A DNA stretch of 63,913 nucleotides, taken from assembly GCA_964480875.1 (NCBI GenBank), contig CAYZRT010000004.1:1-63913 (forward strand), in the 5' to 3' direction. Under the pieces are notes generated by a model. The model had not been told where the DNA came from, ran no database searches, and saw nothing but the letters and a program-made list of their open reading frames with translations. This document shows, piece after piece, positions 44,656-52,482 of the stretch. Positions within the stretch are counted from its first letter, which is position 1. The number at the start of each line of letters is the position of its first letter. This stretch comes from an uncultured Smithella sp. (GTDB lineage: Bacteria > Desulfobacterota > Syntrophia > Syntrophales > Smithellaceae). A program made the translations under genes and the position numbers.

Positions 44656-45415
44656 AAAAACAAAGACGATTGCTTTGTGCGGAAAAGGCGGGGTGGGAAA
44701 GACGTCGGTATCCGCGCTGATGGTAAAGAATCTTACTCAAAGAAAAGACATCAAGGTGCTGGCCATCGATGCCGATCCTGCCATAGGCCTTTGCACGGCA
44801 TTGGGAATACAAATCAAAAAAACCGTGGATGATATCAGAAATGATTTAATCAATTCTATTAGGAAAGGAGCAAGCCAGGATAAAGCCGCAACGCTGAACA
44901 GGCTGGATTATGAGCTTTTTGATGCCCTGACGCAATTCAAAAATATCGCTTTTCTGGCCATAGGACGGCCGGAATCGGAAGGTTGCTTCTGCAAGGTCAA
45001 CTCTCTTTTGAAAGATATCATTCAGGATCTGGCGAAAAATTTTGACGTGGTGCTCATCGACGGAGAAGCCGGCGTCGAACAAATCAACCGCAGAGTGATG
45101 AAAACGGTCGATCATCTGATTATGATATCCGACACTTCTGCCAAGGGGATTCATGTTGCCCATACCATCAAGCATCTGGCCGAGGACAACAAAGCCGTAA
45201 ATTATAAAAGCATGGGAATGATTTTGAACCGCGTCAGAAATGAGAGCGAAGTACACGATATCCGAAAGAACATCCCCATCAATATTCTGGGATGGCTGCC
45301 GGAGGACGATCTGATCAGGGAATTCGATTTTTACGGCAGGTCTTTCCTTGATTTTCCGGATACGGCCGAAGCGGGCAAAAAAGTAAACGTCATGATAGAC
45401 GCCATGAATTTATAA
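44648..45415 (+). CDS. cooC: CooC/AcsF-type P-loop maturation ATPase
   Basis: The P-loop is IALCGKGGVGKTS, followed by LAIDADP, the CxC metal motif in PESEGCFCKV, and VLIDGEAGVEQ. The start overlaps the upstream gene by 8 nt. Confidence 0.85.
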   Translation: MTKKTKTIALCGKGGVGKTSVSALMVKNLTQRKDIKVLAIDADPAIGLCTALGIQIKKTVDDIRNDLINSIRKGASQDKAATLNRLDYELFDALTQFKNIAFLAIGRPESEGCFCKVNSLLKDIIQDLAKNFDVVLIDGEAGVEQINRRVMKTVDHLIMISDTSAKGIHVAHTIKHLAEDNKAVNYKSMGMILNRVRNESEVHDIRKNIPINILGWLPEDDLIREFDFYGRSFLDFPDTAEAGKKVNVMIDAMNL

Positions 45416-45593
45416 ATATGTCAAAATGAATGCACTGTTTCAGGAGTATTTCCTTCCGCAGGTGAAAATGAAGCGGCTCTATTTGTTCGGAGTTCCATTG
45501 AGAAGGTGAACAATGTTTTCTTTCAAGAAACATTTGCCTTTCTTTCTTTTGCGCCGAATTTTCATCAAGACGGTCTTTAAATAAACTTTTCAT

Positions 45594-45622
45594 TTGATAA
45601 AAAGATTAAAAATTTGTAGATA
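45594..45622 (+). promoter_or_regulatory. Conserved sigma70-like promoter module, copy 3 (upstream of the MFS gene)
   Basis: TTGATA, 17 nt, TAGATA. A further ~45 nt downstream (AAAATTAGCATC...TGATAAAG..ACAGA) is shared with copy 4. Confidence 0.45.
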
Positions 45623-45737
45623 ACCAAAATTAGCATCGCTCGTCATTCTGATAAAGACAGATACAGGATACAAAATTCTCCAATAAATAAGATATTTACT
45701 GATAGTTGACAAAAATTGAAGAAACGGGAGTGAATAA

Positions 45738-47096
45738 ATGTCTCAAATGCAAACTACTTTTCCACGCTCTTTGCCTCTGCTCGGTGGTCTCTTAGGAAGC
45801 ACCACTTGCGGCATGCTGCTTTATGCTTTCAGCGTTTTCATCAAACCCCTTCAGGCTCAATTTGGTTGGACTGTTCCCGAAGTTGCTCTGGCCTACGCCA
45901 TCATCTGTCTTGTTTTCGGTCTGATGACTTTTCCTGCCGGAAGACTTAGCGATAAATTCGGTCCGCGCAAAGTTGTTCTTTTGGGCGGTTTAATTATGGC
46001 CTTTGGATTTTTCATGGTTTCCACCATCGCCCCACCCGATCCTGCCGTTATCGCCGCCGGTGGTGATGCCGCAAAAGCCGCCGGTAAAACCCAACTCTAT
46101 CTTCTCTATCTCTATTATGGAATTATTGCCGGATTCGGCGGCGGCTGTGTTTATCTGCCACCGATTGCGACGGCTCCCAAATGGTGGCCGGACCGCCGTG
46201 CATTAGCCACCGGCTTCGCTGTTGTCGGACTGGGCCTTGGTTCGTTTATCATGGCGCCGCTTGCTACCGTTATGATCAATCATTTTGGCAGCGCGCTTCC
46301 CGTTTTTAAATACGTGGGTGTTGCCATGGGCATCATGGTTGTCTGCGCCGCTATCTGCCTGAAAGTGCCACCGGCAGGCTACAAGCCTGCAGGCTGGAAT
46401 CCACCCGCCCCGATTGGCGTCGACGCTCACAAATCCTTCCGTGACTACACCCATGATGAGACCAAACACTCTGCCCAGTTCTGGTTTCTCTGGATTGCTT
46501 ATTTCTGTGGCTCCTTTGCCGGCCTGATGGTTATCGGCCTGATTGCCAAACATGGAATCGATGCCATGACCATTGCCTACAAGGTTAAGGAAGGACTGGA
46601 CGCGGCTGCCACTGTCCCGCCGGATGTTGCCAAAAGTATTGCCATGGCGGCGGCAGGTGCGCCCAGCGCTTTGGCGATTTTCAACGCTTTGGCGCGTATT
46701 CTGATTGGACCCCTGGCGGACAAGATAGGCACCAAAAAGATTTTCGTTACCCTGTTCACCCTTCAGGCGATTGCCATGCTTCTTCTGTTTCCGGCGGGAA
46801 AGACTACCGCGCTGCTGGCCGTTTGCGCCGGCCTGATTGGCTGGAACTACGGCGCCATGTTCACCCTGTTCCCTTCGACCCTGCTTACCTATTACGGCCC
46901 GACAGCGCAGGGTTCCAACTATGGATTGCTTTTCACCGCCTGGGGCGTTGCCGGTTTCTTCGGACCTTATCTGGGCGGAAAAATACAAGCCATGACCGGC
47001 TCCTTTTTTGTTCCGTTCGTGATTTCCGCGATAGTGCTGATGATTGCGGTTGTCATTCTTGCCGCGATTAAAGCGCCGGAGAAGAAGCATGCTTGA
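45738..47096 (+). CDS. MFS transporter (oxalate/formate antiporter-like subfamily)
   Basis: 452 aa with about 12 TM segments. The [12 protein letters not shown] loop motif follows TM2. Confidence 0.85.
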   Translation: MSQMQTTFPRSLPLLGGLLGSTTCGMLLYAFSVFIKPLQAQFGWTVPEVALAYAIICLVFGLMTFPAGRLSDKFGPRKVVLLGGLIMAFGFFMVSTIAPPDPAVIAAGGDAAKAAGKTQLYLLYLYYGIIAGFGGGCVYLPPIATAPKWWPDRRALATGFAVVGLGLGSFIMAPLATVMINHFGSALPVFKYVGVAMGIMVVCAAICLKVPPAGYKPAGWNPPAPIGVDAHKSFRDYTHDETKHSAQFWFLWIAYFCGSFAGLMVIGLIAKHGIDAMTIAYKVKEGLDAAATVPPDVAKSIAMAAAGAPSALAIFNALARILIGPLADKIGTKKIFVTLFTLQAIAMLLLFPAGKTTALLAVCAGLIGWNYGAMFTLFPSTLLTYYGPTAQGSNYGLLFTAWGVAGFFGPYLGGKIQAMTGSFFVPFVISAIVLMIAVVILAAIKAPEKKHA

Positions 47097-47130
47097 GAGC
47101 TTAATGAAAGAATAACCGGCAGAATTCTGT

Positions 47131-47159
47131 TTGCTAATAAGTGTAAAAGTTTATAGATT
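47131..47159 (+). promoter_or_regulatory. Conserved promoter-like module, copy 4 (orphan: no intact downstream gene)
   Basis: TTGCTA, 17 nt, TAGATT, plus the shared downstream segment to ~47205. Only a gene remnant follows on the plus strand. Confidence 0.35.
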
Positions 47160-47237
47160 GTTGAAAAATTAGCATCCTAATGCTTTTTGATAAAAGTAGA
47201 CAGAAAATAAAAGCCTCGCCGAATACGGCAGAGTGAT

Positions 47238-47296
47238 AAACTGGTTTACGAACTCTACGAACTGACAAAGGACGAAGTGAAGATCGTCGAGGGATC
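47238..47296 (+). pseudogene. Remnant of the C-terminus of a DNA methyltransferase/type IIG restriction-modification gene
   Basis: It translates to KLVYELYELTKDEVKIVEG, the characteristic ...VYELYGLTEEEIKIVE tail of Eco57I/PglX-type methyltransferases. A stop lies 10 codons upstream, so only the tail survives. Confidence 0.3.
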
Positions 47297-47366
47297 ATTA
47301 AATGTAGGGATTGACGCGTGACCTTTAGGTTATCCCCCGATCAATCCGCAAGATAACTGACAGGCT

Positions 47367-48020
47367 TTAGCGTTCAGAAAGAAGATATCTCAGGATGATA
47401 TCTTCCGTTTCGTTGATGAGTCTCTTTTTTTCAATACCGGTATTGTCAAATTTGATTTGATGCATCATCTCTTCGGCAAGTTTAAGCAGGATAAACGCGG
47501 CCGCTTCAAAATCGGATACGCGAATGTATTTTTTATAATTTTGCATATACGAAACCAGCAAATCGATCACTTTCTTTTCTTCGGTGCGGCGTATTTTTTC
47601 TATTTCATTATCGAGTAAGGCTATTGCGAGAATTTGCTTGAGAAGCCTGTAGTTGACTTTGTATTCGGAGAGAACTTCTTTGATGATGAGATGCGCCAGA
47701 TTTCTTGCTTCCTTATACGTATCAGCAGGATTTTGATAAAATTTGAATTCAAAATTAAGCAATACTTTTTCAGAAATATTGCGAAAAATACGTTCAATGA
47801 TTTCGGCAAAAACCTCCTTTTTGTTGTTAAAATAACTATAAAACGTTCCCGTGGCAACTTTTGCTACAGCGGCAATTTCTAAAGCGTTTGTCTGATAATA
47901 TCCCTTTTCGGTGAATAATTTTGTTGCGGATTTGACGATTTTTTCCTTTGTTTCAATGCCCCTCGATTGCTTGGGAATACGGGCTTTATTGGTAGTTGAG
48001 ATAATTTTTGTTTTCTTCAC
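47367..48020 (-). CDS. TetR/AcrR-family transcriptional regulator
   Basis: The HTH region is FTEKGYYQTNALEIAAVAKVATGTFYSYFNNKKE. It is divergent from the ACAD operon. Confidence 0.9.
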   Translation of the reverse strand: MKKTKIISTTNKARIPKQSRGIETKEKIVKSATKLFTEKGYYQTNALEIAAVAKVATGTFYSYFNNKKEVFAEIIERIFRNISEKVLLNFEFKFYQNPADTYKEARNLAHLIIKEVLSEYKVNYRLLKQILAIALLDNEIEKIRRTEEKKVIDLLVSYMQNYKKYIRVSDFEAAAFILLKLAEEMMHQIKFDNTGIEKKRLINETEDIILRYLLSER

Positions 48021-48108
48021 TTTACAAAACCTCTTACAGGTAATGCGCGTTTATAAATACTTTTATATATGATTAACCAGTTTATTTTCAATGCTTTTTT
48101 TACCGGAA

Positions 48109-48166
48109 AATAATATGAAACATGTTTCATATTATTGTTGACATTATGAAGCATAAAGTATATATG
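48109..48166 (+). promoter_or_regulatory. Perfect 28-bp palindromic operator abutting a sigma70 promoter
   Basis: AATAATATGAAACA/TGTTTCATATTATT lies at 48109-48136. It is followed by TTGACA (48138-48143), 17 nt, then TATATG (48161-48166). Confidence 0.6.
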
Positions 48167-48324
48167 GTTTAAAGTGCCATCGTAATTTTAGTATTACAGC
48201 GGTTCTTTGTTAGGGCGAAGGCGATAAGAAATCTCACGGGATTTGGCCGGCATGCGCCAGGCGTAAACTTTTTATAATTCTTTTTATATTGAAAGAACAC
48301 TGACTATAGAAAGGGGAGGGTAGA

Positions 48325-49506
48325 ATGGAGAAGGAGCCTATTGGGGGAATATGTGCCGAAGATGTAGCTCACTATCAGGATCTGGCCCGTCAGTACGCCA
48401 AAAAGTCGCTGCTGCCGGTTTTTGAGGGTGAAAATTCCGACGGGAATTTGGCGCTGCTGCAGGAAAAACTGAACACCGCTTTCGATATAGGCATGGCCGC
48501 CTCTCCGGATGAGTCGTTTTCCGGCTGCCAGTATGGAATCTGGGGTAGCGCAACCGCCGAGACGGGGATCATGCCTTCGCTGCTTCTTTTATCCATTTTG
48601 GCCGAAACATGCGGCGGCGCCGCCATGTGCCTTCATGCACAGGGCGTAGCTTCCAACCTGCTTCTTCAGACCAAAAAAAAACTGCCGTTTATCCCGATGA
48701 GGGTCGGGCTTTGCCTTCAGGAAGGACTTTATCCGCCTTTTCTGGGAACTTTGATTGCGCCCGATCAAGACGCTCCCGCGCAAATCACGACTACTGCCGT
48801 TCAGAAAAATAATAAATACATCATCAACGGTTCCAAGTCGTTTGTTTATTCGTTGTACTATGTCAATGCTTACGTGGTGATGGCCCGCATTAATGAAAAA
48901 TGGGGATGTTTTCTTGTGAACGTGGATGAAAAAAATATCGAAAGAATAGATATAGGCTTACGAACCGGTCTTCGTGCTTGTCTGGTTGAAAACGTCCGGT
49001 TCAACGATGTGGAAATTCCGGCGGAAGCGCGCCTAGATGATGGAGATGCCCGTGAGCTGGTTATTCGGGCTTTAAATCTTAACTGGGCGGGCATGTCGGC
49101 CATTGCGGTGGGCATAGCAAAAGGTGCGGCGGCGGCGGCGCGCAAATTTACCGCCGAACGTTATCAGGGTGGTAAGCTGATTAAAGAACATCCGACAATA
49201 AAAATGCTCATTGCCGGCGCGGAAGCTTCGGTCGCCGCAGCGGAAGCAAGTGTATATTCGTTGCAGACCGTCGATTTATCCGCGTTTACCGGGTTGAAAA
49301 AGTGCGCTGCCGCTAAATTGGCGGTTACTGAACTTTGTTCGCGTGCCGTGACAGACTGTCTCCAGACGTTCGGTGGCTACGGTTATATGGAAGATTTCGG
49401 CATGGAGAAACGGCTCAGAGATGTTACCGTGCTGAAATCGGCGTCAGGTTCCCCGACGTACCTCAAGCAATTGATTTTCGATATTGAGAAGGAGGAAACG
49501 CTATGA
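48325..49506 (+). CDS. Acyl-CoA dehydrogenase-like protein lacking the YEGT glutamate
   Basis: ACAD fold (KYIINGSKSFV..., ERYQGGKLI). The C-terminal block reads LRDVTVLKSASGS instead of ...IYEGT. Confidence 0.75.
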   Translation: MEKEPIGGICAEDVAHYQDLARQYAKKSLLPVFEGENSDGNLALLQEKLNTAFDIGMAASPDESFSGCQYGIWGSATAETGIMPSLLLLSILAETCGGAAMCLHAQGVASNLLLQTKKKLPFIPMRVGLCLQEGLYPPFLGTLIAPDQDAPAQITTTAVQKNNKYIINGSKSFVYSLYYVNAYVVMARINEKWGCFLVNVDEKNIERIDIGLRTGLRACLVENVRFNDVEIPAEARLDDGDARELVIRALNLNWAGMSAIAVGIAKGAAAAARKFTAERYQGGKLIKEHPTIKMLIAGAEASVAAAEASVYSLQTVDLSAFTGLKKCAAAKLAVTELCSRAVTDCLQTFGGYGYMEDFGMEKRLRDVTVLKSASGSPTYLKQLIFDIEKEETL

Positions 49507-50828
49507 ACGAATCTCTGGAAGAACGCATTGAGCAGCTCAAACTGAGTAACGCGACTCAGAAGATGAATTTTTTCGGGCGTCTTCTGGTGGACAATCGTGA
49601 GATGAGTCTCTGGGATCATGATACAAAAACCCTCCCGTGGGGCGCGCGCCGCTGGCGGCGCAAAGCGCTGAAGTTCTCCCGTGAATATATTCGTCCTCTC
49701 GCAAAAACGGCAGATCTGCTCCCTCATGATTACAATCCCAAACCGCTATTGTCCCAGGCGGCTAAACAGGGATTTCAAACCCTGCTTTTGGTTCCCCCTC
49801 TGGGCACTGCAAGTACTATGACTTATCTGAGGAATGCTTCGCTGCTGGTGGCGGTCGTGGGAGAAGAATTTGCTACGGAATGCGGAGGACTGGCGTTGCT
49901 TTTGCTTGCGCATAATCTGGGCATTGCTCCTCTGGTATTATCGGGCAGCCTGAGAAATTACTTCAATCATTTAATTCCTTTTTATTACAAATCTTATTTT
50001 CAGAACAGTTCGGAAGGCATGTCCTTTGCCATCACCGAACCCGGCGCCGGTTCCGATGTCGAAGAAACAGAGGGAGGCGCGCTGGCTAAACTTGTTACCA
50101 CGGCGAAATATGTGCCTGAAAAGAAAGGCTATATTCTCAACGGGCAGAAATGCTTTATAACCAACGGGGCTATTGCCAGTAAGGTAACTGTGTACGCAAA
50201 ACTGGAAGGCGAAGGCATCGAATCATGGACATGCTTTTTGTTGGAAAAAGGGATGCCGGGCTTTTCCGTAGGCCGTAGTGAACGCAAGATGGGACAGCGT
50301 GCGTCGGACGCATCCGAGCTTATTTTTGACAATGTTTTTGTCCCCGAAAAAAATCTTGTCGGCAAGGTTTGTTCCGGTTGGGCCAACAATCGCAATGTTC
50401 TAAATTATTCGCGTCCGGTTGTCGGCGCGATGGCTCTGGGACACGGACGCGGAGCTTTCGAACGCTGTCTCGAATTTTGCCGGAATACCAATCTGGGACC
50501 GAAGCGTCTCATTGAATATCAGGATGTTCAACTGGAGATGGCGGATATGGCCATCAGCCTTTGGGCGGCGCGCTCCATGATTTGGCAAAGCTGCCGGCAA
50601 TTCAGATGTTATCAGTCGGCTTCGGCTTCTGCGAAAGTTTTTGCTTCCGACACGGCATTCAAAGTATGCAATCAGGCCATGGAATTGATGGGAGATCACG
50701 GTTATCTGCACGCACATGGCGTTGAGCGGGCATGGCGCGATTCGCGTTTGACGCAGATATACGAAGGCACAAACCAGATCAACCGGCTGGCGCTTTTTGA
50801 ACATCATCTGAGCACGGATTTTAGATAG
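49503..50828 (+). CDS. Acyl-CoA dehydrogenase (canonical catalytic Glu present)
   Basis: FAITEPGAGSDV, GQKCFITNG and WRDSRLTQIYEGTNQINRL. ATGA overlap with the upstream ACAD-like gene. Confidence 0.9.
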   Translation: MNESLEERIEQLKLSNATQKMNFFGRLLVDNREMSLWDHDTKTLPWGARRWRRKALKFSREYIRPLAKTADLLPHDYNPKPLLSQAAKQGFQTLLLVPPLGTASTMTYLRNASLLVAVVGEEFATECGGLALLLLAHNLGIAPLVLSGSLRNYFNHLIPFYYKSYFQNSSEGMSFAITEPGAGSDVEETEGGALAKLVTTAKYVPEKKGYILNGQKCFITNGAIASKVTVYAKLEGEGIESWTCFLLEKGMPGFSVGRSERKMGQRASDASELIFDNVFVPEKNLVGKVCSGWANNRNVLNYSRPVVGAMALGHGRGAFERCLEFCRNTNLGPKRLIEYQDVQLEMADMAISLWAARSMIWQSCRQFRCYQSASASAKVFASDTAFKVCNQAMELMGDHGYLHAHGVERAWRDSRLTQIYEGTNQINRLALFEHHLSTDFR

Positions 50829-50928
50829 GCGATAGATGAGAAACACCTCTTATCCGGACGACTGTCTTTTTAAATGAGAAAGTTTTCCGCATATCCTAAA
50901 TTAATTTTATATGCTCAGGAATAATCGC

Positions 50929-51696
50929 ATGATGAAAAGCATTTTTATTACAGGGGCATCAGCCGGCATCGGAAAAGCAACAGCCCTTCTTTTCGCTAGT
51001 AAAGGATGGTTTGTCGGCATTACCGATGTTAATGCCGCCGGTCTCGAAGAGCTTAGAAAATGTTCAGGAGAAAAAATAGGCTACTTAGCGCCGCTTGATG
51101 TCATGGATGCGGAAAAAGTTTCATCAGTATTGAAGGAGTTCAACAAGGCCGCGGGAGGAAGAATGGACGTGTTGTTCAATAATGCGGGCATTCTGCGGGT
51201 AGCTCCTTTTGAAAATATCGCTCTTAAAGATCATCAGGCGATTCTTAATATAAACGTGGGAGGTGTTATTAATTGCACCTATCATGCTTTTCCGTATCTT
51301 AAAAACACCAAAGGATCGCGGGTCATTAATATGGCTTCTGTCGCGTCAATCATAGGAACACCGACTCAGGCGACATACGCCACATCAAAATTCGGGGTGA
51401 GAGGATTTACGGAGGCATTAAACGTCGAATGGAAGCGACATGGCATACATGTTTGTGACATCATGCCGTGCTATGTTAACACGCCAATGGTTAAACAAAA
51501 TCCCGGCAAAATTGTTGATAGTGTCGGTGTCCATATAACAGCAGAGGATGTAGCCGCTACTGTCTGGAAGGCCGCCCGGCGCAATCGTCTCCACTGGATG
51601 ATTGACAGACTTCCAAACAGACTTTTTTACAAGTTTAGATGCTTTGTTCCCGATTCACTAGAAAAGTTTGTCCTAAGAAAAATGGCCGGGTTATAA
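50929..51696 (+). CDS. Short-chain dehydrogenase/reductase
   Basis: IFITGASAGIGKA, NNAG and YATSKFGVRG (YxxxK). Confidence 0.85.
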   Translation: MMKSIFITGASAGIGKATALLFASKGWFVGITDVNAAGLEELRKCSGEKIGYLAPLDVMDAEKVSSVLKEFNKAAGGRMDVLFNNAGILRVAPFENIALKDHQAILNINVGGVINCTYHAFPYLKNTKGSRVINMASVASIIGTPTQATYATSKFGVRGFTEALNVEWKRHGIHVCDIMPCYVNTPMVKQNPGKIVDSVGVHITAEDVAATVWKAARRNRLHWMIDRLPNRLFYKFRCFVPDSLEKFVLRKMAGL

Positions 51697-51731
51697 AAAT
51701 CCTAATCGTTGACCGGCAGGTAATTGCTGAT

Positions 51732-52415
51732 ATGCCTAGCATAAAGAGAGAAGAAATGACTTTGATGCGTAAAGATCAATCTATTGAATGTTTTCAGGGC
51801 AAAGATTTGAAAGACTTCAGTTATGAGGATCTGATGAAGCTTAACCGGAAGCAACTGATGGAGTTGTTCTTTGAGCTTAACGCACCGTCCATGTCGGAGA
51901 TGAAAGGAGAATATCGTGCCGCATTATTGGATAGCGGGTATATCATCAATATGTTCCTGGCCAAGTTGTATCTTCATTTCACATGGGGAAATTGGCAACA
52001 CAAAGCCTTTGAAGCATTGGATCAACAGCACGGTCACGGTTACAATACTTTCATTACGACTCAATCAAAACTATATGAAAATTACTTTTTAGCAGTCTTC
52101 ATGAGAATGATGAGCATTATATGTTCTTTATTCCGTCTGTATAACCCTCAGCGAATGGCGAGAATCATGCTCAATAAAACAGCCATTGTTTCTTCGGTTT
52201 TCGATGCGAGACCTTCATTTCAACTGAGCTATCGGGATTTCAATACCTTTTATACCAACACCATGACAGACGAAGTTCGTAAAGTGAACGATAACCTTTT
52301 TCTGGGTATAGGAAGATTGACCATTACTTTCGGCAAATTCAATCCGATGCCTTTTGTGCTGATCGGTCCGCCTGATCCGTGGGTCGGTCCCGATATTCAA
52401 TACCCGGACAAATGA
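51732..52415 (+). CDS. Hypothetical protein, possibly GXWXG/DUF4334-like
   Basis: The start at ATG 51732 avoids overlap with the SDR gene. MKGEYRAALLDSG...WGNWQHKAF and TDEVRKVNDNLFLGIG resemble that family from memory. No function is known. Confidence 0.4.
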   Translation: MPSIKREEMTLMRKDQSIECFQGKDLKDFSYEDLMKLNRKQLMELFFELNAPSMSEMKGEYRAALLDSGYIINMFLAKLYLHFTWGNWQHKAFEALDQQHGHGYNTFITTQSKLYENYFLAVFMRMMSIICSLFRLYNPQRMARIMLNKTAIVSSVFDARPSFQLSYRDFNTFYTNTMTDEVRKVNDNLFLGIGRLTITFGKFNPMPFVLIGPPDPWVGPDIQYPDK

Positions 52416-52482
52416 CTGAAAGGAAAAAAACTGGAAAACAAATTCACATGACCATGAACGTGGATTTATTAGGAGGCAATAA

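Noticed and set aside
45390-45593. A 67-aa minus-strand ORF in the gap between cooC and the MFS gene.
   Set aside because: It has no ribosome-binding site, overlaps the cooC 3' end, has a Lys/Glu-rich low-information sequence and runs against the local operon direction.
46203-47090. A 295-aa ORF antisense to the MFS transporter gene.
   Set aside because: This is a shadow ORF. Its Arg/Gly/Asn-rich translation has no motifs, whereas the sense strand encodes a clear 12-TM transporter.
47165-47186. A sigma-54 promoter in TTAGCATCCTAATGCT (also 63620-63640, TTGGCGTTAAAATAGTA).
   Set aside because: The first lacks the -24 GG and the second lacks the -12 TTGC (TGGCAC-N5-TTGC is expected). No enhancer-binding protein gene is nearby.
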